Source: Camelus ferus (Eukaryota). Taken from it: a stretch of 64,000 nucleotides of DNA. Made by a program: the position numbers and the translations under genes. Where the stretch lies: NCBI RefSeq assembly GCF_009834535.1, contig NC_045696.1, positions 101,744,001 to 101,808,000 of the forward strand. The letters run 5' to 3'. The notes beneath the pieces were generated by a model. The model was not told the origin of the DNA and did no database searches. It saw nothing but the letters and a program-made list of their open reading frames with translations. Shown here piece after piece: positions 1 to 13,164 of this stretch. How positions within the stretch are numbered: the stretch's first letter is position 1; every line of letters starts with the position of its first letter.

Positions 1-316
1 TCTAAAATCAAGGTGTCAGCAGGGTTGGTTCCATCTGAGGGCTGTGAGGGAAGTATCTGTTCCAGGCCCCTTTCCTTGGCTTGTAGATGGCTGTATTCTC
101 CCTCTGTCTCTTCACATTTTCCTACCTCTATGTGCATCTCCATGTCCAAGTTTCCCCTTTTTATAAGGACACCAGTCATGTTGGGTTAGGGCCCACCCTA
201 CTGACCTCGTTTTAATTTGATTATCTCTATAAAGATTCTATCTCCACATAAGGTCACATGCTGGGGGTTAGTACTTCAAACTATGAATCTGGAGTAGATA
301 CAATTCAACCAAGACA
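1..316 (-). mobile_element. MaLR LTR (MLT1-type), cut by the window edge
   Basis: Contains aaatcaaggtgtcagcagggttgg, ttttataaggacaccagtcat and terminal caattcaacc-aagaca, resembling reverse-strand MLT1 LTR consensus. Confidence 0.8.
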
Positions 317-560
317 TTACTACCTAAATATCACATACAGTTTAGGAGAACTGTGCCACATTTTATCAGTAAGTTACTTGGATCATCACCAAATTTTAAT
401 AAGAGGCTGGTGCAGATACAGGAGATCCAAATAGCAGAAGCGCCCAAATTCTGCCCTCAAAAGCAAACCAATCTAATTGAAAAATTGGACACAAACACAA
501 AATAACAATATGGTGTGCTTGTGATGAATAGTAAGATAGAATTTTACAAACTGAATTACA

Positions 561-742
561 TCCTTCCATTTCCTCCCTTCCTCCCTTCCTCCCTTCCTCC
601 CTTCCTCCCTCCCTTCCTCCCTCCCTTCCTCCCTTCTTCCCTTTCTCCCTTTCTCTCTCTCTCCCTCCCTTCCTCCCTTCTTCCCTTTCTCTCTCTCTCC
701 CTCCCTTCCTTCCTTCCTTTCTTCCTTTCTTTCTTTCTTTTT
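561..742. repeat. Polypyrimidine (CCTT/CCCT/CT)n low-complexity tract
   Basis: About 180 bp of almost pure C/T in degenerate ccttcctc units; accounts for ORFs 515..859 and 556..867. Confidence 0.95.
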
Positions 743-1869
743 ACATTTTGGATCCTCTCATCTTTATTTTTTTCAACCCCCAGAGGCTCTTCACAGTCTC
801 TGGTCCCCTCTCCAGGCTGGTTCAAGCCCTTTCCCAGAGCACCACCTTGGATCATATAGTTGCTCAATACACTTCCATTTCCTTTAGATTTTCATTGTAC
901 ATTCACCAGTGCAACCAAACTTGACTTGTCTGAGCAACCACAGCAGGAATCGCAGCCATCACTTAATCAGAATGAGTAGAGGCCAAATACAAACAGAAAA
1001 AACACCTGGAAATTGCTTTTAGGTGTAATAGGCCAGCATCAGAGCTCAATGTACAATAATGTATTGACAGAACCTTTCTGTCTGGTTTACTTGCTCTGGA
1101 TGCCAGTTTCTATACTTGTGCTAGCAAGTAGCACAACTGCCGGCTGTTATTCGGGTCACTTTATTTGGTTTTCCCAACACTGAGACGTGTATTGTAAGTC
1201 TATAAATGAGGACAATGAAGCTCAGGACCCCTTAGTTGACGTGGGCAAGGTTATACCATAACTTGGCACTAAAAGTAGGTCTAGATCTTGGGTTCTTTCT
1301 GCTCTCCCCACTACTCTGCTTCTCATAAAGTGGGCAAGGACTGCAAACCTTTGCGTGGGTACGTTTGTTTCGTGCAGTTTGTCAGCTAATCCGCACCTGA
1401 CCCAGGCAGCTGCTTCGTAAATGTGTTTTGTGGGCCACGAGGCCTATCAGTGTAGGGTTGTGAGTGAATCAATAAAAAGAACTCAAAATGAATGTTCTAC
1501 CAATTCTGGGTCAAGAGCTATCTACCTACCTTCTTACATGAAAAATGGGTTTTTATTAATATTATAGACAGACAACTTTAAAAAAAGCCAAACAAACAAA
1601 CAAACAAAAAGACATTCTTTGGAACTACTTCTGTTCCCACAGTCTTGATACTGTGTTTACAGATCTGTTACTACAGTTTCATGCACTCCCATGGCATGTT
1701 CCTACTTGTATCATTCTTGTTCCTACTGACTATAAGGAGTAGACAGAGAATCACTGCAGCTGTGGAGGAGAGAGAGAAATACAATAGAACAGTCATTGGA
1801 GTAATTGAGCTTACACAGTGGTGATTCTCAAACCAAGGAGTCCTGTCCCTAAGGAGACCTCAGAGTCAC

Positions 1870-2390
1870 GTGGCATGATAGATTATGTCCCAGGAAGATG
1901 ACAATGACCCCTCACATCCCCATGCTCTTTCACTAATATAATTGTGCCCTCTTCTCATTAAGAGATGGGTGTCTATTCCCCCCCCCCCCACTTAAAGTTG
2001 GGCTGGCCCTCTGACTTATTTTGACTTTGATGCTTTTTCATTTTTTGGATTTATGTCTTAGGAGAACTTACAACCTCTGTTTTTTCCTTCTTGGAAGCCA
2101 AACACCACGTAAAGAAGCTGGGGTGAATGATGAATTACCGTGTGGACAGGGAATGTTCCCAGGCTCCAAAGCATCCTCAGCAAGTCCCCAGACATAATGG
2201 TGTGGGTAAAGCCAGCTTGGACCTCTCACCCAGCCGGGCTGCCAGCTGAATGCAGCAACCTGAGTGAGCCCAGAGAAGACTAGTAGAAGAACCACTGTGC
2301 CAACCCACACAATCTTGAGAAATTAAATGGTTGTTGTGTGAAACCACTCAATTTGAGGTTGGTTTGTTACAGAAATAAATACTGGAAACA
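1870..2390 (+). mobile_element. Old MaLR LTR (MLT1G/H-like)
   Basis: ttgggctggccctctgacttattttgac near the 5' end; 3' end ggttgttgtgtgaaaccactcaattt...ggtttgttacagaaataatactggaaaca is typical of MLT1 LTRs. Confidence 0.65.
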
Positions 2391-2674
2391 CCTAAAGCTT
2401 TTCTGAAGTAATCATGCATTCTTATCTTCCCCCCTTGGACTCTGATGCACTACTTATCCTCCCAGGAACTTTAGATTTATCTGATAGAATCAATAATATG
2501 ACCTTTCCTTGCACTCCATTTGTTCAACTGAGGATAATTAGCCATGGTACAAACCAGCTTGTGGTTAAATGCTATAATTTAGGGACACAAGAATTTTGTA
2601 CTTCATCGGAAGTACATCCACCCTTGTCAAAAAAATTGAGAATTTCTGCTTTATAGAACCATTGAAAATGATTC

Positions 2675-3190
2675 CCATTCAACAACAACAAAAAATAAAC
2701 AACCTGATTTTTAAAATAGGCAAAAGACTTGAATAGACATTTCTCCAAAGAACATATATAAATGGCCAACAAGCACATGAAAAGATGCGTAACATCACTA
2801 ATCATTAGGGAAATGCACATTAAAGCCATCATGAAATACCACCTCATACCCATTAAGATGGCTACTATCAAAATCCAAACAGAAAATAACAAGTGTTGAC
2901 AGGATGTGGAAAAACTGGAACACTTGTGTATAGTTAGTTGGTGGGAATGTAAAATGATGTAACCACTGTGGAAAACAATATGGTAGTTCCTCAAAAAATT
3001 AAATACAGAAGTTCCATATGCTCCAGCAATTCTACTCCTGGGTATATATCCAGAAAAAAAAAAAATAAAAACACTGATTTGAACAGATAGCTGCCTCCAC
3101 AACATTCACAGCAGCACTGTTTGCAATAGCCAAGGTACGGAAGCAACCCAAGTGCCCATCAACAGATGAATGGATAAAGAAGATGTGATG
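2675..3190 (+). mobile_element. Old L1 fragment (ORF2 C-terminal region)
   Basis: gacttgaatagacatttctccaaagaa, caagcacatgaaaagatg, ccatcaacagatgaatggataaag; antisense ORF 2572..3105 is a typical L1 antisense translation. Confidence 0.9.
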
Positions 3191-3469
3191 TGTGTATGTG
3201 TATATATATATATATAAAGAATGTGCTCCGTATATTGAGATCAGTCTATTCTCAATCACATTGGAGAAATGAGGTCTAGATTAAACTGAAGAATGAATAA
3301 AAGATCAATCTCTGCCCTAAATGAGCTCAAAGTTTGAGAAGGAATTGCTCTGGTGACTGTCCAACATAATAGGTGTGGAAATAGTGACATGTACAGAAAG
3401 CCATGGGAATACAAAGAAGGGAGCTGACCCAGGGAATCAAAGAAGGCCTAAGAGATGATAGCTGGGTTT

Positions 3470-4200
3470 TATTTTTAACAATCATGTTAAGCCATTAAGA
3501 AAATGCAACTTAAAACTTTGAGACACGACTTCACACCCACTAGAATGGCTAATAAAAAAGAAAGATAATACAAGTGTTGGTGAAGAAATAGAGAAACTGG
3601 GATGCTTGTACACTGCTGGTGGGAATTTTAAATGATGCAGAGGTTTTAGAAACAGTTTGGCAGTTCCTCAAAAAGTTAAGCATAGAGTTACCACATGACA
3701 CAGTAATATCACTTGTATGTATACAACAAAGAGAAGTGAAAACACAAGTCCACACGAAAACCTGTATACAAATGTTAATAATAGCCCCAAAATGATAACA
3801 ACCCAAATGCCCCTCAACAGATGAATGGATAAATAAAATGTGATGTCCATACAATGGGATATTATTGGATAATAAAATGAAGTACTGATACATACTATAA
3901 TACGGATGAACCTTGAAAATATGCAAAGTGAAAAAGGTAAATCACAAAATGCCGCATACTGAATGATTCTGTTTATATGAAATGCGCATAACAGGCAAAT
4001 CTATAGAGACAGAAAGTAGGTTAGTGGTTGCCAAGAACTGGTGAGAGGAAAAATGGAGAAATATTGCTAGTGGATATGATGTTTCCTTTTGGAGTGATGA
4101 AAGTTTTCTAAAATCGATTATGGATATATTAAAGGCTACTGAATTGAACACTTTAAATAGGTAGATTTTATGAAATGTGAATTATATCTCAACATAGATA
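3470..4200 (+). mobile_element. Old L1 3' end (L1MB/L1MC-like)
   Basis: cacacccactagaatggcta, ggcaaatctatagagacagaaagtagg, gaattatatctcaa match old L1M ORF2 end and 3' UTR. Confidence 0.85.
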
Positions 4201-4749
4201 TACAAAAGCTTTGAAGGGAATATGACAAAATCCTAGTATTTCTTAATCCTTCTAGGGGTGTGGGAGTAAGTTTAAGTGCATGAGAGGACAGCACGGAAAG
4301 GGAACTCCAGGATAGAGAAGAACGTGGTCCAAGGCATGGATGTATTAAACGCCACGAGCTGAGATTGGAAAGGGGTTTGCATCTTTGGAATTTGCATCAA
4401 AATCTGAGTCTGTCCTGAAGGTAACTGAGAATAATGAATTAATTATAACAAAGAGAGTGGGTCATGTTTTAGGAATATATGTGGCCATGTAGAGTGAACT
4501 GCTGAGGTAGTTAGTGACTGGAGACAAGAGAGACCAGTTGGCTGTAATCATCTGCATGAGAACTGTCAAGGACCTGACACACTGTGATAGTAGTGGAGAT
4601 GAACAAGAAGGAAAATATTTGAAAGCTAATTACAAAAAATTGAAGACTTAAAAAGTCACTTACTATGCTAAGATTTTTAGGTTGGGAGATAAGGTAGATG
4701 CTGATACCAGTTTTAACTTTTATAGTAAAACCCAGCAACTTTGGGAGGC

Positions 4750-5109
4750 AGTGTCCATTAAAATGCATCAGTAGGACCTCCTGCTGCAGGGGCATAAGGA
4801 CTGAAGGCTCAGGTGCTCTGAATCCACCACTGTGTCAGCACCAAGGTCACACTTCCCCAGGCTGCTCTCAGCCAACGACTGGTGTGGTAGGACTACTAAG
4901 GCAGGTCCCTTCCTGCAAAATGTGGCCCTCTTCTGGGAGACAAATTTGACTCCAGGACTTCTTGCTAAATTCTTAGAACCACACTGCAGCGTGAGGCTCC
5001 ACCTACCAGTCCTCTTTCCTTCCCTCTCTCCTTCACCAAGGCCAGTCCCCCGTGGGTCTTACAGCTCTCTCAGCCTCTTCCAGCTCCCTCCCACTTTTCC
5101 CCTACACGT
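4750..5109 (+). mobile_element. ERVL LTR (LTR16-like), 5' part; the remainder lies at ~7876-7950
   Basis: GC-richer LTR-like stretch stopping abruptly at the MLT1 start; continuation tcttgcaatctaatcccatcttggtatctgcttctcagaagatccaaa after 7876 resembles an LTR16-type 3' end. Confidence 0.55.
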
Positions 5110-5193
5110 TGCCATAAACTGAATGTTTATGCCCCCACATCCATATGTTGAAATACTAACCCCAAATGTGATGGTATTAGAAGGCAAGACCTT

Positions 5194-5682
5194 TGTGGGT
5201 AGGAGTGTCTAAACCACTCTGGCTCCATTTGTCAGCTCCATCTAAGACCCACAGTCCTACGCTCTCTCCTCGCGGTGTAACTGAGCTTTAGCCTACTCAC
5301 AAGGAATGTGCCCAAGCCAGATAAGTTTCCCATCAACTTTTACCCTTGCCTTCATCTGATATGAAAACTGGAAGAGTGCCTTTTTCTGATACAGGAGGTT
5401 AATGGTCATTGAGTCCGTTGAGGGGAAAGAAAAAAAGCCTGGGTCCAGTTGGTGCAGACAAGCTTTTCACTCGGTAGTCAGATTCTGTTTAGCTTTGGCC
5501 CCTTTCAGCCACACTGTATGCCCTTCAGTGGTCAGAAGGCAGATGCGAATGCCTCTGGATCTTCTGCCTGCCCACCTGATCCTTCCTACTTGTATGTAAC
5601 TTACCCACAACTTCATAGTTGCACTTAATGGAGTTGCACACTTAGTCTTTTGGTCTCAAAATTCCTTCTCCATCTCCCAACA
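5194..5682. mobile_element. Unassigned LTR-like insertion splitting the MLT1 5' LTR
   Basis: MLT1 motif gcctttg...gtgattaggtcatgag is interrupted by ~490 bp of unrelated sequence with TG...CA ends. Confidence 0.6.
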
Positions 5683-7159
5683 GCATGATTAGATCATGAG
5701 GGCGGAGCCTTCATGAATGGGATTAGTGCTGTTGTAAAAGAAAACCCCAGGGACCTCCATCACTCCTCCCACCATGTGACAATACAGTGAAAAGACAGCC
5801 ATCCACAACCCTTACCAGGAGAGGCTCCTTACCAGAACCCAACCACGCTGGCCACCTGACCTCAGACTTCCAGCCCTCAGAACTCTAATAAACCCTGCTT
5901 CTCATGTCTGTAGTATTCTCACACTGACTAAGACAGAAATTGGCACTGAGAAGTGGGGGTGCTCCTGAAACAAATACCTGAAAATGTGGAAGCAGCTTCA
6001 GAACAGGGTAACAGGGAGAATCTGGAAGAGCTCTGAGGTGCATGCTAGAAAGAGCTTTCATTGTCGCAAGCAGGCTGTTGAGAGCAATGGTGCCGGGAGC
6101 TCACAAAGGAGAGGTGAGCTGCAGGGGAGCCTCAGTCTTCCTGGAGATCACCTACTAACCAGGAACAGGGTGTTGGCAGTAAGGTGGACAGTCAAGGCTA
6201 TCCAAATGAGGTGTCAGACAGAAGTGAGGGATATGTTATTGGACAATGGATAAAATGCAATCCTTGTTATAAAATGGCAAAGAACTTGGCTGAATTGTGG
6301 AAGGTAGGACTTGTGAGAGATGAAATCAGATATTTAGTCGAAGTGATTTCTAAGCAAAGTGTTGAAGGCACAGCTTGGCTCCCCTGACTGCTTATAGTAA
6401 AATGTGATGAAGGAGAAATGACTAAAAAACAGAATTGTTAAGCAAAAAGAAACTAAATCTTAGAGATTTGGTAAACTCTCAGGTGTTTGGATATTGCAAA
6501 ACAAGAGAGCGTGTTAGGCAGCTGACTAGGGTGCAGTCAAGTGACCATTTGATAAAGAGATTAGTCTTAGTATGAACCATGGACCTAGTCTGTCTCAATA
6601 GAAACCAGGTACTATTCTCCAAGTCAGTGGAAGAATGACCTCAAAGATAATTCAGAGAGCATCAGAGCTGCAGGTCTACCACAAGCCCAAAGTGCAAGGG
6701 TGGTGGGGGGCAGTGATGCATGAAGGGCCAAGTGGTTTCAAAGTCAAAAGACTGATGCCTGGGGGTCCCGATGCAGCACAAGCTGCTTTGGCTGCCCCTC
6801 TGGAGAGCACAGGCAGCAAATCTGGGCAGCCTCCACATGGGCCTCAGGAATATGGTTGCCTCCACCTGGATTTCAAAGACTCTCTAGCAGAGCCTCTGGC
6901 ACAGGACCCCAAGCTGCGAGAGCCCCAGGGTCTGGACAGGGAGCTGCTGGAGGGCCTGCCTACTGAGCCTGGGGTGGCATTGCCGCCATAGTGGGCCTCA
7001 AGGATTGAGCCGATGAGAAATATTCACCAACTTTTAAGGTCTCATGGAGTTTGCCACGGAGTTTAGACTGACTTGGAATCAGTCGCCCCGCTCTTTTTTC
7101 CTGTTTCTTCCTCTTGGAATGGAAATGTCTGTCCTATGCCAGCTCCATCATTATAGTTT

Positions 7160-7275
7160 GCTTTACTTTAGGTTTTATTTTGTTTTTTAATTTTTCCCCC
7201 AATGGAGGCACTGGGGATTGAACCCAGAATCTTGCACACGTCAAGCACGTGCCCTACCACTGAGCTATACCCACC
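7160..7275 (-). mobile_element. tRNA-Ala-derived SINE (Vic-1-like)
   Basis: Reverse complement reads gtatagctcagtggtagggcacgtgcttgacgtgtgcaagattctgggttcaatccccagtgcctcca (Pol III A and B boxes) followed by an A-rich tail; inserted in the MLT1 internal region. Confidence 0.85.
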
Positions 7276-9809
7276 ATCCCCCAACCATTGTATTTTGGAA
7301 GCACATAACTTGCTTGGTTTCACAGACTCACAGCTGGGTAATTGGCTTTTCAGGTTGAGTTGTAAATTTGAGTCTCACCCGTATCTGATTTAGATGATAT
7401 TCAGACGAGACTTTGAACTTTATACTTTAGTTGATGCTGGACCAGGGCTGTTGAGATGGAATGAATGTATTTTCCATGGACATGAATTTTGGGGGGCCAG
7501 CAGTGGAATGCTACAGATGAAATAGTTATGTAGCTCCAAAATTCATATGTAGAAATCTTAACCCCACAATGTGATGACGTATTAGGAAGTAGGGGCCTTT
7601 GAAAGATGATTAGGTCATAAGGGCAAAGCTCTCACGAATGGGATCAGTGGTCTTATACAAGAGAACCCAGAGAGTTCCCTTTGCCTCCACAGTGATTTGA
7701 GGACAGTGAGAAGTAAGTCATCTATGAGCCAGGAAGTGGGCCTTCACCAGATACCAACTCTGTCAGCACTCTGATATAAACTTCCCAGCCTCCAGAACTG
7801 AGAAATAAATTTCTGTTGTTTATAATTCACCTAGTCTATGGTATTCTGTTATGGCAGCTCAAAGGGGCTAAAACACAGGTGATTCCTTCAAAAAATTTCT
7901 TGCAATCTAATCCCATCTTGGTATCTGCTTCTCAGAAGATCCAAAATAATAAATGGGGGAAAAGAGGTGAAAATAACACTCCTTATTCCTTTAGCCTAGT
8001 TTCCTTTTTTAATTAAAATTAAATATTAATGCAACAAACATTTTTGAGCACCTATACATACAATGATCTACAGAGAAACAAATCAAATACCATGAAAAAT
8101 TTCTTGGTTTTAGTTGTTTCCAAGGTTCTATGGTTTTGTTTTACATATTAATGACCTGGCCTTGGTTCAGTACACTTTTTATATTATAGAGAAATACTGA
8201 TTATCATATAAAAAAAATTGTATAATATTAAGGGAACAAAAACAAAGTTAAAACTTTAAGGTTGCCCCAACTATTTTAAATGTATTTATGTACAAAGAGA
8301 GAGAAAAGACAAAAAACAAACAAACAAACAAACAAACAAATAAAAAAAACCAAAAAAAAAAACCAGTTCCCAAAGGTCTGAAAGGTAGAAATTATGAATT
8401 ACAGGTTAGAATTATGAGTTATTTTCCTTGTTTACTCTTTTCTTTATATAGTTTTAAATTATCCAAAATTTCTTCAATAAACGTTTTGGCAATGAGCAAG
8501 ATTTCTATGTCTTGAGGTTACCTAAAGAAAGAACTAAATTGGTTGAGGCAGATAAGAAAATGCTATTTTCTAGTTTCAGAGACCTTGGCTAGACTCTTTT
8601 AGTGTGTTGCCATGGAAATTAAAATAAAAATAAAAATTGCTATAATTTTTTTTATATCTAGAAAGATCCATACATAGTGTTGAATCTCCTAGATTATCAG
8701 AATCATCCCTCTCTGCAGTTTGATGCAGATGTTTTCATGTCTTGTTAAAACCAGGTTTGAGAGCTCACCCCTACGAACTATGCTAAAAACTCTGAGAAAC
8801 TACTCTTTTAAATACAAAAATAAATACCCTCCAATGCTCATTAACACTGAAAGGATTTAAATTCAACATAATTCTCAAAAGAAAATGTAGGGACAGCAAT
8901 GTCTGTGCCTGAGGTGCATTTCAGTTCCCTTTCCACCATACCCTCACTGTTTTTTCTTCTTGGTATGTTTAATACAAACTGTTCTCTTCACCCTGGCTCC
9001 TTTTTTTTTTTTTTTGCCCACAGCTAGAAAGTCCGAAGTGGCACAAGCCTGTACCTTAAAGATAAAAAGGAAAGGACATTACACTTTTATCCTTGGGAGA
9101 TTTCATTTTGCTTGCTCCATTATGTCTACAGAAAGCTAGTCTTTCAATATTTGTGCCATTCAATTTCTCAACCAGAATCCAGTCAAGAATCCAGTCAAGA
9201 ACAAAATATAACTCTTGCGAACACCCTGAACAACCATTCAAATAGAACTCCAGATTGAAAGACCTACCAGATATAGAAAAATGAAGATTACCATTCAAGA
9301 AGTTTGGAGCACAAAAAGTCATCAAAGTATAAGAAACAATAGCATTATTAGAAATACGGAATCATTTTCCTTTCTTTAAGAAGACAAATCTCATTGCTTA
9401 AAAGACTACACAGTATCAGTTTGAAATACAGAGTTCTGACCAAAATCTCCTGCTTTAATCTCTTGCTATAACAGACTGAGCCAAGATTGGTGCGTCCAGG
9501 CAACTATCAGAGAATGATAGTTGATGAGAGCCATTCAATTTTGTGAGAATGCTGAGAAGGGAAATAAGTTTGAAAAATACAGAGTCTATTTTGGAGGAAA
9601 CAGAGTAATTTTTTATGCGTTGCTATGAATTTGACTAGTGTTCCCAATCTCAAATTAGTGTGTTAAAAAAAAAGCAAATGTTTTAATTACATAAAACCAA
9701 CAGGACTTGAAATATAAGCAATCTCATTTCACAATATAGAGCAACAATGGCAAAAATAAAGTAGTTCACTATTATGAGGTTCTATATTACTTACTTACAT
9801 GTAATGTAA

Positions 9810-10045
9810 CAATAGTAGGCTGAGAATTAAAGAAAGTCAAATTCTAATCTCAGATTCACCCTCTACTAAGCTGTACTAATTAGAGCAAGCAAACTGAACT
9901 TTCTTATCTGTTTCCTCATCTACAAAATGGGTTGAGTAATACCTGCTCTGTCATCCTCAAGGAATTACTTGAGATTTGAACATGAAAATGGCATAAAAGT
10001 GCTTTAAACATCATGAAGCATTACTCAGATTAAAAATGATTATTA
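9810..10045 (+). mobile_element. MIR SINE
   Basis: Core ctgtttcctcatctacaaaatggg...taatacctgc. Confidence 0.75.
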
Positions 10046-10133
10046 CTTCCAGCTACAGCAAATTATTAATGTATAGCACATGGGAAAGATGGCAAAGTGA
10101 ATTCCTACTTCATTAGCAATGTTAGACAGAATG

Positions 10134-10184
<51 letters not shown>
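10134..10184. repeat. Compound (CT)n(CA)n microsatellite
   Basis: Directly visible. Confidence 0.95.
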
Positions 10185-10724
10185 CATTCCTTATCAAAGC
10201 CAGCTCTGAAGAGCAACTTGGGTGATAAAAGGAAGAATAATATTTAAGAGCAAATTAAAGATATTCTTTAACTCATTAAAGAAAAATTCTGTGTTTTATG
10301 TTCTTAGCATTTAGTATTATTTAAGTAGGTAAAATATTCCTTTCTTATTAAATATGCATAAGTGAGAAAAAGTAATAAGATTAAAACTCTACCTCATACC
10401 ACTCACCAAAATAAAATCTACATGATAAAAGAACAGACTTTTTTAAAAATTTAAACCAACCAGAAAAAAATAGGTGCTCAATCTCTTACATGAAGAGGAA
10501 AACTTTCTAAGCATAAGAGCCAAAGTAAAAATCATAAAATAAATTATGGATAAAATTTAATAATAAAAAACTTCATGTATATCAAAATAATATCATAAAA
10601 AAATTAAAAGGCAAATGACAAACTGGGGAACTATCTATGTTAGCAATGGATTGATATTCTTAACATATAAAGAACTCAAAATCAATTAATATAAAGTAAA
10701 TATTACAATAAAAAATTTTAAATA

Positions 10725-11685
10725 ATAAGAAAAAAAAACAACCCAATCCAAAAATGGGCAGAAGATCTAAACAAGTAATTCTCAAATGAAGACATACAAA
10801 TGATCAATAGGCACATGAAAAAATACTCAGTATCACTAATTATCAAAGAAATGCAAATAAAAACTATGATGAGGTATCACCTCACACCAGTCAGAATGGC
10901 CATCATTCAAAAGTCCACAAATGACAAATGCTGGAGAGGATGTGGAGAAAAGGGAACCCTCCTACACTGCTGGTGGGAATGCAGTTTGGTGCAGCCACTA
11001 TGGAAAACAGTATGGAGATTCCTCAAAAGACTAGGAATAGACTTACCATATGACCCAGGAATCCTGCTCCTGCACGTATATCCAGAAGGAACCCTACTTC
11101 AAAACGACACCTGCACCCCAATGTTCATAGCAGCACTATTTACAATAGCCAAGACATGGAAATGGCCTAAATGTCCATCAACAGATGACTGGATAAAGAA
11201 GATGTGGTATATTTATACAATGGAATACTGTTCAGCCATAAAAAATGAAAACATAACGCCATTTGCAGCAACATGGATGTTCTTGGAGAATGTCACTCTA
11301 AGTGAAGTAAGCCAGAAAGAGAAAGAAAAATACCATATGAGATCGCTCATATGTGGAGTCTAAAAAAAAAAAAAAAGAACATAAATACAAAACAGAAATA
11401 GTTTCATAGACATAGAATACAAACTTGTGGTTGCCAAGGGGTGGGGGTGGGAAGGGATAGACTGGGATTTCAAAATTTGTAGATACTGACATGCATATGC
11501 ACAATAGAGCAACAAGATTATACTGTATAGCACAGGGAAATATATACAAGATCTTGTGGTAGCTCACAGTGAAAAAAAATGTGACAATGAATATATGTAT
11601 GTTCATGTATAACTGAAAAATTGTGCTCTACACTGGAATTTGACACAACATTGTAAAATGACTTTAACTCAATAAAAAAAGTTAA
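10725..11685 (+). mobile_element. Young 5'-truncated L1 (ORF2 C-terminus plus 3' UTR) inserted in an older L1 remnant (~10380-10720)
   Basis: Uninterrupted 187-aa ORF with HLTPVRMA...[18 protein letters not shown]...; 3' UTR ending aataaaaaaa; closely similar to the L1 at 38930-40288. Confidence 0.95.
10800..11363 (+). pseudogene. L1 ORF2p C-terminal (cysteine-rich domain) fragment, non-functional
   Basis: Translation matches the L1 ORF2p C-terminus; endonuclease and RT domains are absent. Confidence 0.92.
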
Positions 11686-13164
11686 GAAATTTGATATGAC
11701 AGTTCACAAAAGAATAAATATAGTCAATAAACATTCTTTAAGGTCAATTTTCACCACAACAAAAGCTGTTAATTAAAATAAAGCATAATCATTTTTCTCC
11801 CAGCAACTTGAAGGTTTCAGGAAGACCCATACAACTATAAATGGCTGAGGAGAATTTAATTTGTTATAGCATTTCTGAAAGGTCATTTGGTCATATAAAT
11901 TATTTCACTTGTTTAAGATAAATTTGCTGAATGCCAATAAAAGTCAGATACTCTAACACAGACTAGAGAAAGAACAAGACATGTGAAATTCCCCCTATAA
12001 TCTGGTGAGGGAAACCGGCATTAAATTGTTGTACAAATAGCTATAGTAATGTAGTCACATGTGAGGTGATGACTGGAAGAAGGAAATGCACTTGAGATCT
12101 GTTTTGGATATAGAATTCACAGACCTTGATGTGAGGTATTCGCTATCAAGAACAGGTTCTAGCATGAGCAAGTGATCAACTACGCAACTGGGTAGATGGT
12201 GGCTCTTTCACAGGCTGGGAGGGGGAAAAGGAGAGCAGGTCCAAAGACGTTAGGTTTGACATGCCTGGGAGACATCCAAAGACGTGAGGAAACAGGTCAG
12301 AAAAAAGATCTGCATGGAAAATAAAAACTAGTGGATTGTCAACATGGGGTTTACTATATTTAAGCCATGAGAGTAGAGAAGATAGGCAAAGGAAAGTGAA
12401 CAGAGGGAGAAAGGGATGTTGCTGTTGAAACTGCTGAATTACGGAGAAAAAAGAATGTGGGTGCAACACTTCTGAGACATCAGGTAAATACAAGAATGAA
12501 AAGTATCCTTGGGATTTTGCAGCCTGGAGATCACTGGAATTTTAGTGAAACAGTTTCAATCACTCTATTTCTAGGAATTTACTCTAATGAAAAAATTAGA
12601 GGAGCACAGAAAACATTAAATAAAAAGGTATCACAGAATTCTATACAATAGAAAAATGCAGAAAATAATCTAAATGACTGAAAATAATTGGTTAATGTTT
12701 CTTCTATAAATAGAATGCTATTAAGTCATTCAAAATGTTTTCAGGATAAAATGTTAATTTTTAAAAAGCAGAATACAAAAATATACAGCATGATTTTAAA
12801 TTTTGTAAAAAAAAATCACAAATATAGAATACCACATAAAGTATATTTAAAGACAATATATTAAATCCATCTCTGTGTAAAGTTATGGATGATTTCTATC
12901 ATGTTCTAAAAAGTCTTCTCAACATTTCTACTATGACTGTGTATAACTTTAATAGAGAAGAAACTATAAATTACTTGCATATTTTAATAAGAGGTTGCCT
13001 AGACACCTCTGAGCACCCAAGAGTTTTTAGTGATATTAAAACCATTTTTCACAATTCAAATATGTTTAAAATGATGTGTCTGAACAATTCAAGTTTCTTT
13101 ATTTTTATAAAGTTGGAAAATATTGATCCAAAATTTTTTTATGTCAAAAATCCAGAAATAGCAA

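Larger units (their letters stand above)
5110..7875 (+). mobile_element. MaLR (MLT1A/B-like) provirus: 5' LTR 5110-5935, internal 5936-7508, 3' LTR 7509-7875
   Basis: Two homologous LTRs (tgccataaactgaatg...ctaagaca and tgctacagatgaaat...ctaaaaca); internal region starts gaaattggcactgagaagtgggg and ends with a purine-rich tract ggggggccagcagtggaa; 5-bp flanks cacgt/caggt match 4/5. Confidence 0.85.

Noticed and set aside
515..867. 114-aa and 103-aa ORFs
   Set aside because: Translations of the CT-rich simple repeat (LPPF/GREE runs)
2572..4151. Minus-strand hydrophobic ORFs up to 177 aa
   Set aside because: Antisense readings of old L1 fragments
9024..9325. + strand T15-gcccacag acceptor-like site, overlapping minus ORF and a 12-bp tandem duplication at ~9174-9200
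   Set aside because: No long open + frame or recognisable peptide; the LDWILDWIL repeat in the ORF is caused by the tandem duplication
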